DNA of 64,000 nt from Eledone cirrhosa (Eukaryota), in NCBI GenBank assembly GCA_964016885.1, contig OZ024761.1:26412001-26476000 (forward strand), read 5' to 3'. Below, one piece after another: positions 14,696 to 28,129 of this stretch. The translations under genes were made by a program, and so were the position numbers. Below the pieces are notes generated by a model. It had not been told where the DNA came from. It made no database searches and saw only the letters and a list, made by a program, of their open reading frames with translations. The number at the start of each line of letters is the position of its first letter. Within the stretch, counting starts at the first letter, position 1.

Positions 14696-14881
14696 TGATG
14701 TGATCCGGCGCAAATAAATATTTTTTGCTTTTTATTATTAAGTAGTTCATAGACACTGGAAAGTATCATATTGGTCTTGCTACTGCCAAAACAACCTTCT
14801 ATAAGGAATGGTGCCAGATATGGTCCAGCAGGTCTTTTAGTGTACCTGATTAATTTTTCTTCAACATCATCTGAACCTGCA
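14696..14881 (-). CDS. HELZ: HELZ-like exon with helicase motif I (PFLIEGCFGSSKT) and motif Ia region (KIFICAGSH)
   Basis: tttcAG acceptor, CA|GTAAGT donor, phases match both neighbours; not present in the ORF track. Confidence 0.85.
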
Positions 14882-15229
14882 CTGAAATATCAAAAGTGTG
14901 AGGAAAATATACATGTATGTATATATATATGGAGAGAGCTAGATAGATAGATATATAGATATATATATATATGAAGTATTTCCGGAGGAAGAGTAAAGGA
15001 AGGGAGAGTGCTCTATGTATGCTATTTTATTTTATTTCTTATCTTTATTTTATTATATTTCAGCCTCGCTTTCAATTGTAATAGCCTTTGTTTTTAAATT
15101 CACATCTTACGTCCATTTTTAATTTTCATTCTGATGAGCGATTTCAAACGTCTCTGCTGAGCTCGTCTGTCTTAGTGAAACCTTTGGTTAATGGAATAAT
15201 TGCTTATGTTGTTTATTACATAATTACAT

Positions 15230-15268
<39 letters not shown>

Positions 15269-15329
15269 GGGGAGATTGATAAATATGTATACAGAGAGAG
15301 AGAGAGAGAGATCATTGAATAATCCTTAC

Positions 15330-15797
15330 CAGTTGTTTGTAGAAATCACTTGTCCTTCATTATATTTAGTTATATCAGGATACAAAACATCGGTAGATAT
15401 TATCTCATCAAGTGCTTTATGCATTCTACAGAATTCCTCTCTGTCTACTTGATAAAAAGTATCTACCATGCTGCCATTATCCAGTGTAGATCTAAGATCT
15501 TCTAAAGCTTCTCTTGAGATCCGTACGTAGGCAACATGCACGTCATCAGATCTCATTGACAGGTCTTTCAAAATCTCCATTTCGTAAACCTTATCTAAGT
15601 TTTTAAAACCTGCTGATATGAACATAGTTGAGCATGTATTAAAGAATAACTGTCCTACATCTGTACTGTGTGAAACTGAATGATTTAACAGTATCTTGGC
15701 GTAGACTAAAGAGTTGTCTTGGTCTCTTTCTGTCAAGGTTTTGTTATTTTCCTTATAAGGATTGGGTATGAAGGTTAAAAAGGTCCGGTAATTCACA
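15330..15797 (-). CDS. HELZ: HELZ-like exon, region preceding the helicase core
   Basis: ORF 15326..15796; tttcAG acceptor, TG|GTAAGG donor; KVYEMEI..VRISREALEDL..FYQVDREEFCRMHKALDEI..VLYPDI. Confidence 0.85.
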
Positions 15798-15861
15798 CTG
15801 AAACGATAAAAATATTAACACATGAACGGTAGTAGTTGTAGTAGATAGATCGACCATTTAC

Positions 15862-15994
15862 CAGGCATAGTTTTGAAGCAATTACCTTTTGCAGATTGGA
15901 GTACAAAAGCATCTTCTTCTGCCAGGGGTCCTTCCATTGAGAAATACATACGATCTTGGTTGTATTCCAATGTCACCTCTTCCAGTGTTTGATC
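15862..15994 (-). CDS. HELZ: HELZ-like exon (DQTLEEVTLEYNQDRMYFSMEGPLAEEDAFVLQSAKG...)
   Basis: ttacAG acceptor in phase 0; resembles HELZ RVALLYDAHRPHFSI; donor uncertain (15862 or 15886, both phase 1). Confidence 0.65.
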
Positions 15995-17057
15995 CTGTAA
16001 CAAATAAATAAGATAATATTGCAAAGCCTACTCCAAAGGAAATATATTTTATGTAGATAGATGTTAATTCAAAGATTTTTATAACAATTATAGTATGTAT
16101 TCTTATTTTTTCACCATTTTAATCCCCTGATTCAATGATACAAAGCTGTTCCGGTTAAAGTGGGGGATTATCATCACCGTTTACCGTCCATTTTTTCCAC
16201 ACTAGCATGGGTTAGACGAGTCATCCCGTTGTGATATAAGCCATGTCAGTGTATATCTATCAGAAACATTCCCATCATAATTTTATATAAGGAACTTTGC
16301 TATTTACCAAACTCCAACATAATGATGAATTAAATTACTAAATCCATAAAAATTTTGCATTATTCTAGAGATGGTTTGTACATTATAGATAATGGCATTA
16401 TCAGAAATAGGATGCAGGAGTGGAATGGTATCTCACCTTACTCGAGAACGAATGAGCTCTAACTACATTATTAGCATGGTGGTGGATTGACAGTATTGGT
16501 AGAGGCTCGGACACCATGCTTAGCAGCATAAAGTTACTGCCTTTTACGGTCTGCGTTCAAATCTCGCCGAAGTTACCTTTACGCCGAAGTTACCTTTACG
16601 GGGTCGATTAAATAAAGTACCAGTAATGCACTGGGGTAATTGATGGCCTTGTGCCAGAAGTAGATACAGTTATATTATCATGCTTATTCCTACCATTATC
16701 ACCATCCAGGCCTGGGTAGAGCAGATTTCTTCCAGAGAATGATTGAGAGTGAGAGAGAGGAAATGAGAAAGAGATATAGAGGAAGAATCGACACCAGTAA
16801 TAGACTGGTACTTTTTTTTTATCGACCTCGAAAGTATGAAAGACAAAGTTGCCCTCGGTGGAATTTAAACTCAGAGAGCAGAAACCCAGAAGGAATACCA
16901 TAAAGCATTATTTCCGATGTTCTAACGACTTTGACATATTCGGAGTAATATATTTTGATTAATTCAATAGACGAAAATCAAATCTCTCTCACTGGGGAAA
17001 AAATGTCTTAAGTGGAACATAAAAACCAAGACAGAAAACATTGATTGTAAAACTTAC

Positions 17058-17168
17058 TTTACTTTCGATATTTACTACCCAGCAAATATTTTTGTATTTC
17101 TTTTCGCTGTAAACAACGGGTTTGTTATTTGTTATTTCAATTTTAACTTCCGGATGCGAATACGCCAC
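17058..17168 (-). CDS. HELZ: HELZ-like exon (VAYSHPEVKIEITNNKPVVYSEKKYKNICWVVNIESK)
   Basis: ctgcAG acceptor, GTAAGT donor, 111 nt open, phase 0/0. Confidence 0.7.
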
Positions 17169-17704
17169 CTGCAGTGAAAGGAATTAGTGACAAAGATTAA
17201 TGGGAGAGAAAAATTGAAATTTAATTTTAATTATCATTTTTTTTCCTTTAAATATGAACGTTTGTTGTGTAGGATATTTATTTACGATCTATAATTGACT
17301 CGTATTACTTCTTTTCCGTGACTTCTGGAGGACTCCAGAGAAGGTTACCCCACTCTCCAGAGCGTGAAATTAATAAACATTCGTTGTACTGCCTCTCTGT
17401 TTTGTTCCTGTTCAAATTTTCCATTATATATATATATATATATATATATCACATAAGAAACGGAGAATCAGTGGTGCGACGAATTAAAATGTATTAGACA
17501 TATTACAATCGCTTCTCTGGCGACCAGCTCGAGGCACGGTCGATGCAATGATCGAACCTGACTCTGAAATCGCAGGATCCTCAGATACGGCTGAGTTTCA
17601 GAAGATCCTGTAAAAGGGTGAAAGCAGCGATACTTTGCTTAAACTTTAATCTGTATACATATATATATATATATATATATATATGATACATAATTTACAC
17701 TTAC

Positions 17705-17903
17705 AGTCTCAGTTTTTAGGTTAAACAGTCTGTTCACTTCATACCACTTTTTCGAAAGGGAATTTTTTACCACGTTCAGTAACAATTTTTCCCAGTCCTT
17801 TCTTTTGTTCCATTCACCGATTTCTTCTGGACCATGAGCGTATAAACATTTGTTATATATGTCCTTCACATTTGAATATGCACATTTCTCTCCACGAGAA
17901 TGA
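17705..17903 (-). CDS. HELZ: HELZ-like exon, CCCH zinc finger (HSRGEKCAYSNVKDIYNKCLYAHGPEEIGEWNKR...)
   Basis: tttgcAG acceptor, GTAAGT donor; C-x3-H-GPEEIGEW resembles HELZ CTSAHSQEELAEW. Confidence 0.75.
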
Positions 17904-18398
17904 CTGCAAATAAAAACATATACATTTTTACTTTTAATATGTGATTGTGTGTGGCAGACTTGCCAAACTCTAAAAATCCCAAACGGGGAGAAATATGAAA
18001 AACAAAATGCCCCCAAACGGGGAGAAATGAGTCAAAATGGGGAGATTTTACATAATTGATTCTACTTTAGGAACAAGGCCAGGATTTGAACTCAGATCGT
18101 AAAGGGACGTAAATATGCTGGAAAGCATGGCGTCCGACTCTCTACCGATACTGCCAATTCACCGCCCTTTTACTTAATGAAAGCTATACCCATTTAAAAA
18201 AAATCAGACATGTCTCAGCCAACCCAAAGTGGGTGGCATATCTCCCCGTCGGACGGGGGAGAGTTGACAGGTCCTGTGTGGGTGGGTGCCTTAGTAGTTA
18301 TCTTTTTGGATCCATGGAAGAACGCATTCGTTATGTACTGACCAACATGCCGCCTGAGTTCCTGGTGGATAACGCTGTATGTAAACATTTAATACTAC

Positions 18399-18660
18399 GT
18401 GGCCTAGTGGTAAGGTTGTTGGACTTACGATCCTAATGTCATGGGTTCGATTCCTGCGCTGGGTTGCGTTTTGTGTTACTAAGCAAAACACTTCATTTCA
18501 CGTTGCTCCAGTCAACTCAGCTGAAAATGAGTACCAGCAAATGCTGGGGGTTTAACCCTGCGATGGACTGGCGTCCTGTGCAGGAGGGAGGGCGTCTGGT
18601 ACTGTCAGCTGCTTCACGCCATGAAACGGAGATAAGCAGCGGCCAAATGACCCTTCTGTC
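18399..18660 (+). mobile_element. tRNA-derived SINE, V-SINE-like
   Basis: A box GGCCTAGTGGTAAG, B box GGTTCGATTCC, then aaaacacttcatttcacgttgctcc and aaccctgcgatggactggcgtcctgt. Confidence 0.65.
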
Positions 18661-18807
18661 TTAATAACAGACTTTAGACTGTACTATTTAAGAAAAACAT
18701 ACTTTATGAAAATCGAGCAATAATTAATAAATGTATTAATAATTTAAAACTGAGAGCTTCTTACCCCCAATCCTGAATATGCATACAAATAGCGCAGTAG
18801 TACTTAC

Positions 18808-18919
18808 CTCAGGCATAAACTGATATCAACACCCTCAGAAGATTCCCAAATTGGTGGCCTACAGTTAAATTGTACGAACTTGGCTATGTTAAATGTATCC
18901 ATATTTTTAGTTTGAAATC
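18808..18919 (-). CDS. HELZ: HELZ-like exon (FQTKNMDTFNIAKFVQFNCRPPIWESSEGVDISLCLS), start of zinc finger
   Basis: ttttcAG acceptor, AG|GTAAGT donor; phase 2 joins correctly to the next exon. Confidence 0.7.
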
Positions 18920-19417
18920 CTGAAAACGAAAAACAAAAAAAAAAAATTAAAGATCGATAAGAGAGCCTCTATGTTGTCGATCGATCGACTAGAAATAACA
19001 GACAGCTTCCCTCAAAAACACTTCCTATCTTTAAAAGGACATAAAAACACGACAAGTCAGCAGATAAGGTGTTATATTACAGGTGAGATGTCAAGTTTGG
19101 ATTGTGTCTCATTAAATTTATGGTCAATTGGGGATGTTCGGGGGGCTAAACAACAACAACAACAGAACGATAAGCGATACGAAGACTAAATGCAGTTGTC
19201 CCAGTTGCTAGAAATAACAGCCAAATCTAACTCAAATCCTACATCATGGTCGTTCAAAACGAAAAACATATTGGATAATGTAGCTGTTTACAGATACGAA
19301 GGCCGGCTGAGAAGTTCAAAGGCTGGCTATGAATGAATCATATCAGAATGATACTGAATCTTAAATACATTAATTTAAGCACTTTTTATTGGTCATTCAG
19401 TAAGCCAGCCATCGTAC

Positions 19418-19503
<86 letters not shown>

Positions 19504-19563
19504 ACGATATATCGGTTGAGAAATAAACTAACATTTTGCAACTCTATAGAGAGCAAATGGTAT

Positions 19564-19900
19564 ATACCGTATTTCCCGGCGCCCAAGACGCTTTGTCCTC
19601 GAGCACGGACCCTAATTTTGACAACAAAACATTTGAAAAGCAATAATTGTTTCTACTTGTTGCACAGGCCAGCAATTACCCCAGTGCATTACTGGTGCTT
19701 TATTTTATCGACCCCGTAAGGATAAAAGGCAAAGTTAACCTCAGCGGGATTTGAACTCACATCATAAAGGGCCGTAACTCTATGCTACAAAGCATGGCGT
19801 CCGACTCTCTACGATACTGCCACAATAATAGGACGCATGGTAGATTTTTGAGACTTATTTTAGGAAAAAAGTAGCGTCTTGGACCCCAGAAAGTAAGGTA
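19564..19900. mobile_element. Tc1/pogo-type MITE interrupted by a SINE
   Basis: Imperfect TIRs TACCGTATTTCCCGGCGCCCAAGACGC and GCGTCTTGGACCCCAGAAAGTAAGGTA; SINE at about 19647-19822; partial copy of the right end at about 20357-20410. Confidence 0.55.
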
Positions 19901-20869
19901 GTAGACTTAAATACAAATTTAAATACATTCTTTTAGGTGTTAGAATAGTGCTGTACTTACATAAAAATTATGCTGTGTTTACATAGAAAAATGGAATGTT
20001 TACCTTCGATTACAGTAATTAATATCGATCACCAATATTCGATTTTGGCAAACATCATTAAGATCATGATTTTCTTTGTCAGTAAGTTTAGGAGATTGTT
20101 AAGATACTGCATTAAAATACTAATCATAGACCCGTGGAAGAAGATATTTAAATATGTCCACATGGTGTATATATAACGTTTTTTTAGAAGGGTAGATAAA
20201 ACAGGACAGGCATTAAGGAGTGCTAAAAATAGCTCCAAGCCGATCTATTCCAGTCAAACTAATTTACAGAAATTAGGTGTTGAGATAAGATAATTTTAGG
20301 TTTAATCAATACATATAAAATATATATCGAAAATGGTTCTCTGTAAAGACCTTAACATGGTAGATTTTTGAGACTTATTTTAGGAAAAAAGTAGACACCA
20401 GGAAATACAGTGTATATATATATATATTTATACTTGAAGAAATGCGTATATATATATATATACTTTAAGAAATGCGTATATATATATATATATACACACA
20501 CACACATATATAAGCAAGTTTGTTTTGAAACGGCGAGCGAGTCTGAAAATAGAAATAGAATATCCCACCGTATTTTTTTTACTAAAGTTTAGCTTGATAG
20601 TGGGGTTTAGAGCCATCTAGAAAATGGGAAAAGTTGAATATTGCCACATCAATACTCATTTTTTTCCATTTCCTAGAGGGCTCTAAATCCCACTCTGAAG
20701 CTAAACTTTCTTTACACACACACACACACACGCACACGCACACGCACACGCACACACGCGCGCGCACAGACACTCTTACTCACTCACTCACTCACTCACT
20801 CAAATTCACCTGTGTGTGAGTATATAATGTTTCTTTCCAAGAACTATTTTAAAATTTAATAATAATAAT

Positions 20870-21270
20870 GATTTCTGCTATAGGCAAAAGATCAGCAATT
20901 TGGGGGGAGGGAAAAGTCGATTAAATCGACCCCAGGGCATCACTAGTCCTTTATTTTATCGTCTCCGTAAGGATGAAAGGCAAAACTGACCTAGGCGGGA
21001 TTTGATCTCAGAATGTAAAGGGCCATAATCTATGCTGCAAAGCAGGGTGCCTGACGCTCTAACGATTAAAATGGTTTCTTATATAGGCACAAGGCCAGCA
21101 ATTTTGGGAGAAGGGAAAGTCGATTAAATCGACCCTAGTGCGTGGCTGGTACTTTATTTTATCGACCCCGTAAGGATGAAAGGCAAAGTTAACCTCGGCG
21201 GGATTTGAACTCGGATCATAAAGGTCTGTAACTCTATGCTGCAAGGCATGGTGCCTGACGCTCTAACGAT
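20870..21270 (-). mobile_element. Two tandem copies of the dominant SINE
   Basis: Core sequence repeated head to tail. Confidence 0.8.
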
Positions 21271-21359
21271 TATAATGAAAGCAGAATCATTTCAAAATAG
21301 TCCGAGAAACAGAAAGATGAAATAACCATAATGTAAAAAAAATAAGACTTACTTTAAAG

Positions 21360-21683
21360 TAGAAAATATCTTTCTTGGTTTCGATGAAAATATATTTGTT
21401 GGTTTGGAGGAAAATATATTTCTAGTTTGGATAAAAATGTATTTCCTGGTTTCGATAAAAATATATTTCGTGGTTTCGATAAGAATATATTTTGGGGTTT
21501 GGATAAAAATATGTTTCGTGGTTTCGAAGAAAATATGTTTCGTTGTTTGGATAAAAATATATTTGTTGGTTTGGAGGAAAATATATTCCGTGGTTACGAA
21601 GAAAATATATTTTCTGGTTTCGGATGAAAATATTTCGTGGTTTCGATAAAGATATATTTGTTGGTTTCGAAGAAAATATATTT
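21360..21683. repeat. 20-21 bp tandem repeat (ggtttcgatgaaaatatattt), about 15 degenerate copies
   Basis: Directly visible periodic ggttt(c/g)ga..aaaatatattt units. Confidence 0.85.
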
Positions 21684-22137
21684 AAAGACTGCAATAAGTG
21701 TCCTGAAATAACTGCCCGTGTCCTCGGCTGTTTTTGAAAAAGTGTGATATCCCGCAACTAGATTCGATATATATATAAACATATACCATCTATTGTTTCA
21801 TAGGTAAGGTTTGCTGGTGAAGTTAGAAAGTCAGAATTTAGAGGTAGCCGTGATATTTCAAATTCACTAAGGTCAGTAGGTTACCTAATCAAAAACCTGC
21901 TTTATTTGTCGGATAACCAATCAGATAACTAGACTACGTCTAGAAAACTAAAGAACCCAGGTATTCACATCCTTACACTTCTACACGTATATCTAGAGAG
22001 GGAGCAGTATTTACTGGGATGAGATCAAACAAAGAGGGTCAAAAGTTCAACAGAGTAAAACCCAGACTGGTTACTTTTTCTGCTAGTTAAGTAACCCCAC
22101 CACCCCCGCTAGCAATTACAACAATAAGAATATGTAA

Positions 22138-22173
<36 letters not shown>

Positions 22174-22174
<1 letters not shown>

Positions 22175-23055
22175 TTTTCTATTTTGGGCACAATGCCAGG
22201 AATTTGGGGGGAGAGGAAAAGTCGATTAAATTGTCCCCAGTGCATTACATTACTTTATCAACCCTGTAAGGATGAAAGGTAAAACTCACCTAGGTGTTAT
22301 TTGAATTCTGAACGTAAAGGTCCGTAACTCTATGCTGCGAAGCGTGGTGTCTGACGCTCTACCGATTCTGCTAGTCCCGCAGCCTTGATAATAATAATGA
22401 TTTCATTTATTGGCCACAGGGCCAGTAAATTTGGGGGAGGAGGGGAAGTCGATTAAATCGACCTTCAGTACATTACTGGTACTTTATATTATCGGCCCCG
22501 TAAGGATGAAAGGCAAAGTTAACCTCGGTGGGATTACAACTCAGACATAACGTAACGGGCCGTAACTCTATGCTGCAAAGCATTGCGTCCGACTCTCTAC
22601 CGATACTGCCAATCCACTGCCCTTAATGATGAGGAGGAAGAGGATGACAACGACGATGACAACGATGACAATTGTTTCTACTGTTGGCAGAAGGCCTGCA
22701 ATTATCCCAGTGTATAACTGGTACTTTATTTTATCGACCTCGTAAGGATGAAAGGCAAAGTTAACCTCAGCGGGATTTGAACTCAGATCATAAATAGAGG
22801 TAACTCTATGCAATACAGCATGGCGTCCGACCCTCTACCGATACTGCCAATCCGTCAATGATAATAATTGTTTCTATTTTAGGCACAAGGCCAGCAATTA
22901 CCCAGTACATTACTGGTACTTTATTTTATCGACCCCGTAAGGATGAAAGGCAAAGTTAACCTACCTCAGCGGGATTTGAACTCAGATCATAAAGGGAGGT
23001 AACTCTATACAATACAGCATGGCGTCCGACCCTCTACCGATACTGCCAATCCGTC
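22174..23055 (-). mobile_element. Cluster of four to five dominant-family SINE copies
   Basis: Repeated core with (AAT)n tails. Confidence 0.8.
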
Positions 23056-23463
23056 AATGATAATAATAATACCAACAACAACAACAACATCATCATCAAA
23101 CACTTAAAGAAATAATAAGCAAAAAATATTCTAAAAATGAAATGAATAAAACTGAATATTGATATGTATCTACACCATTGAAAATGGCGGTTAAGCTTTG
23201 CCAATAACGCAATTTATATCAAACTGTCATTCTCACTTTTAAGCAGACCTCCAATATGGCGGAAACCATACTAATAAATAGCTTAATTGGATTACTATAT
23301 GTGTCTAAGTCAAAATCAATTGAGTAATAAATATACTTAAAACAAACTATATGACTATATGACTATATGGAAATATATGTGTGTTATATGTGTGGATATT
23401 ATAGATATTATAGATATTAATATATTTCGGGTCTGTTTGTAGGTAGGATAATATATATTTATA

Positions 23464-23544
<81 letters not shown>

Positions 23545-23592
23545 ACGCATACATACACACAGATATAGACAGACATACATATTTCTTTATTG

Positions 23593-23655
<63 letters not shown>

Positions 23656-23901
23656 TGATATAGATAGATAGATACTTATATATGTGTGTGTGTATGAATG
23701 TGCTTATGTAAATATATGTGTGTGTATATATGTATATATATATATATTATATATATGTATATATATATTATATATATGTATATATATATATATTATATAT
23801 ATATATATTATATATTATATATATATTATATATATATATGTGTATATATATATATATTATATATATATGTATGTGTGTGTTTATATATATATATGTGTAT
23901 A

Positions 23902-23954
<53 letters not shown>

Positions 23955-24551
23955 AATGAGTTGAGGAATATATACATAATTAAATATATATATATAATTA
24001 AATATATATATACCGACTACATCCATGTTATCGAAACCGTAAATCTGTATGTCAATCACATGAACTTAAACATGAAAAATACAGATTCTTCTACGATATT
24101 CCGCGTCAGAATATCCATTCCGTTGCTACATTTCTACTGAAAGACATTTCATAGTAGTTTCGAATTATTTTGAAATAATCATGAATTTGTAGTTATTTAG
24201 AAAAATAAATCATTTAATTATTAATTATGTATTGCCTGGCACATAACTTAACAATTGTTGCATGTCAATATTTCTATATGAATTTCAATAATAAATATTT
24301 TCTCTATGGGTTTATATATACTTTATATATATATATATATATTCAATTATGTATATATTCCCCAACTCATTAACTATATATATATATACACACATATATA
24401 TACGCATACATATATACATACACGCACATATATACACAAACACACACAAACATACATACGCCATGTATACGTATAGCTCTATATTGGCTGTCTTCCCAAA
24501 ACCTTCTTCAAATTGTGTCTTATACAACGAAAAAAAAAAAAAAAACACACA

Positions 24552-24593
<42 letters not shown>

Positions 24594-26085
24594 ACACAAA
24601 CTATAGCTTACATTGCATAACATTGTATATGTTGCTGTATCGTTCTCGTAAAGATTTCGCCCCTAAGATCACAGAATAATTTTCTCACAATATTTCATGT
24701 TCTATTTTTCTCCTTCTGCATTACAAAACATACGTAATATATATAATATCATATATATAATATCACATATATATATCTAATATATATGATATCATATATA
24801 TATATATAATATATATATCTAATATATATGATATCTAATATATATATATATATAAGGTATATACTTGCTTTTGAACTACATAATCAATACTAGATGACAT
24901 GTATTATTAGAAGAACAAGTTTCAGATACGACAAGTGGACAACGAAGTGTAACTTTATTCTGCGTTACATCTATGTGACGGACAGACAGATAGATTTCCT
25001 TCCATCTTCTCGCTTTTTAACTGTCACACGAGATTACGTTCAGCGAGAAAAAAAAAATCAAACAAAAATAAAATAAATGAGGAAAAAACATTTCTTCGTC
25101 TTTCATTTAAACTTAACTTTGGTTTCTTTTGTGTATGTGTGTTATGTATGGTGTAGAGTGAAGGTGGTGTTGTGTGTATTGGGGTTTCTTCTGTGTGAGT
25201 GGTGTGCTGTGTGTGTGTGTTGTGTGTGAGTGCTGCTGTGCATTGGATTTTTCTGTGTGAGAATGTTATGTGTGTTGTGTGTGAGAGTGGTGTGGCGTGT
25301 GTGTGTGTGAGAGTGGTGTGTTGGCTTTTGTGTGTGTGAGGAGTGCGGGGTGTGTATGTGTTGGTTTTTTAGTGTGTGAGTGTTGTGGCGTGTGTATGAG
25401 ACAGTGGTGAGTTGTGTGTGTTGGTTTTTGTGTGTCAGTGTTGTGTGTGTTATGTGTGTCTTGTGTATGTGTTGGTTTTTTTGTGTGTGTCAGTGGGTGG
25501 CGAGTGTATGGGAGAGTGGTGTGCTCTGTGTGTGTTGTGTGTGTGTGTGGTGTGGAGTGTGTGAACGGTGTGTTTGTGTGTGTGAGTGGTGTGCTGTGTG
25601 TGCACGAGTGTTGTTGTTTTTTTCTCTGAGAGTGGTGTGTTGTTTGTATGCGAGTGTGTTGGGATTTTTTCTGTGTGAGATCGGTGTGTTGTATGTATTT
25701 GCCTCTGTTGGTTTTTTTTCTGTGAGAGTGGTGTGTGTGTGTGTGTGTATGGTATGTATTTGTGTGTATATATATGGTATGTATTGGTGTGTGTGTGTAT
25801 GGTATGTATTGGTGTGTATATATATGGTATGTATTGGTGTGTATATATATGGTATGTATTGGTGTGTATATATATGGTATGTATTGGTGTGTATATATGT
25901 GGTATGTATTGGTGTGTATATATGTGGTATGTATTGGTGTGTATATATGTATGTGGTATATGGAGATAGGTAAATAGATAGAGAGGGAGAGTGAGAGTTA
26001 GTGAGACTGGGAGAGAGAAAGTGGGAGGAAGATTTAGAATAAATATAGAGAGAGTTAGTTATACACTGAGGGAGAGTTAGAGAGG

Positions 26086-26129
<44 letters not shown>

Positions 26130-26632
26130 GAGAATGAGAGAATCAAAAATAGAGATAGATAGATATACTGAGAGGGCGACACATAGCGAGAGTGAGGGAT
26201 AGAGAGATAGAGAGAATAAGAGACAGAGAGATAGAAAAAGAGAGAAAAACAGAGACAGGTAGATAGAGAGATACATAGATAGAGAGAGAGATAGAGAAAG
26301 AGAGTAAGAGAGAGAGACAGATATATAGATATATAGATTGACAAAGAGAGAGAAACAGTGAGACAGTTAGATAGATAGATAGATAGATAAAGAGACAGAG
26401 ATAGATAGAAAGATAGATAAACAGAGAGACTGACAGACACACACACACACACACACATATATAGAGAGAGAAAGAGAGATAAACAGAGACTGATAGAGAG
26501 AGACACACTCATGGATAGATAGAAAGATATATAAACAGAGAGACTGACATACACACACACACATATATATATATAGAGAGAGAGAAAGATAGATAAACAG
26601 AGACTGACAGAGAGAGACACACTCATGGATAG

Positions 26633-26665
<33 letters not shown>

Positions 26666-26775
26666 CAGAGATAGATAGAAAGATAGATAAACAGAGAGAC
26701 TGACACACACACACACATATAGAGAGAGAGAGAGAAAGATTGATAAACAGAGACTGATAGAGAGAGACACTCATG

Positions 26776-26815
<40 letters not shown>

Positions 26816-27214
26816 TAGATAGATAGCTAGAGGGAAAGAGACTGGGTGTCAAATGAAAAACATTATCTCATACACAGAGAAAACTTAAAAGACTGGAATG
26901 CTTTTAACGAAGCAACAAGTTCAAACGTAGAAAGGTAATGTTACGGTTTGGTTGAATACCTTATTCTCCCAGGTAATAATAACACATCAGCCGATTGCAA
27001 CCGTAGCGCTGCAGTGCATCAAAACGCATAAGCGAAAGCTGATGCATCACACCATCTCAATATTCTACCATTGTAATGTTGTAGCGTTCCTGCAACCCCT
27101 TAACACTTTCAATTGCATTAGATTATAAACCTTTATGTTATTAACCACGTATCACTTGTTGGTGTTGCATGTATGTGATGTATCTCGGCTAAACAATACA
27201 GACATGCACTGTGT

Positions 27215-27826
27215 TGCGGTGGTGGGGGCGGTGGTGGTGGTGGTGGTTGTGGCGGCGGTGGTGGTGGTGGTGGTTGTGGCGGCGGTGGTGGTTGATGTGG
27301 CGATTGTGGCAGTGGTTGTGGTGTTGGCTGTGGTGATGGTGGTGGTGGTTGTGTCAGTGGCGGCGGTGGTGGTGGTGGTGGTGGTGGTTGTGGCGGTGGT
27401 GGTTGTTGTGGCGATTGTGGCAGTGGTTGTGGTGTTGGCTGTAATGATGGTTGTCAGTGGCGGCGGTGGTGGTGGTGGTGGCAGTGGTGGTTGTTGTGGC
27501 GATTGTGGCAGTGGTTGTGGTGTTGGCTGTGGTGGTGGTGGTAGTGGTTGTGTCAGTGGCGGCGGCGGTGGTGGTGGTGGTGGTGGTTGTGGCGGCGGTG
27601 GTGGTCGTTGTGGCGATTGTGGCAGTGGTTGTGGTGTTGGCTGTAGTGATGGTTGTCAGTGGCGGTGGTGGTGGTGGTGGTGGTGGCAGTGGTTGTACGT
27701 TGGCTCTGGTGGTGATTGTGGTGGTGGTTGTGTCGGTGGTGGTGGTGGAGGTTATGGCAGCGGTGACGGTGGCATTGGCGGTGTTAGTGTTGGTGTTTGT
27801 GGCGACGGTGGTTATGGTGGTGGTTA
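27215..27826. repeat. (GGT)n-rich compound repeat with about 90-bp higher-order units
   Basis: Recurring ggcgattgtggcagtggttgtggtgttggctgt separated by (GGT)n. Confidence 0.85.
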
Positions 27827-28129
27827 TAATCAGAGTTAGTTGTTGCTTTTGGTTTGCTCATTAATCCGTTCGAAAGTTGTTCCATAGTAAATTTCCGTCA
27901 CCGTTAGGTGTCGCCACCAGTGGTGGTATCCCGCGGTGTAGTCCACCTTACTTCATCAGATTGCATTGTATCAAAAAGTGCTCAACATGGGGAGCACAAT
28001 ATATGTATAAATATATGCATGTCTTTCTTTATATATATATATAGTAATAATAATAAATTCGAAGACTAAAATCCAAAGAGGGCTCGATAAGGTTAGATAT
28101 ATATCAAATATATAAGAACCGTAGAGTAA

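Larger units (their letters stand above)
11342..18919 (-). pseudogene. HELZ: HELZ-family helicase with CCCH zinc finger (Upf1-like SF1 RNA helicase), divergent paralogue; probable pseudogene or mis-assembled gene, 9 recognisable exons
   Basis: Manual minus-strand splicing with AG/GT boundaries gives a protein collinear with HELZ as recalled: CRPP..LC..C..CLYAHGPEEIGEW (CCCH), FYQVDREEFCRMHKALDEI..VLYPDI, motif I GCFGSSKT, motif II IYIDEADQ, motif III ILGDTCQINP, motif VI LLHKVMTRA..VVGE. Lesions: frameshift near 13873, two phase-incompatible junctions, TAG at 11366-11368. The 5' end was not identified. Confidence 0.8.

Noticed and set aside
23180-23265. Two AA(A/T)ATGGCGG YY1-like motifs as a promoter
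   Set aside because: Short motifs that also occur elsewhere in the window; no linked first exon identified
27135-27864. Gly/Cys-rich or poly-Val ORFs resembling a keratin-associated or structural protein
   Set aside because: The frame flips between Val and Gly within a (GGT)n compound repeat; no splice or signal-peptide support
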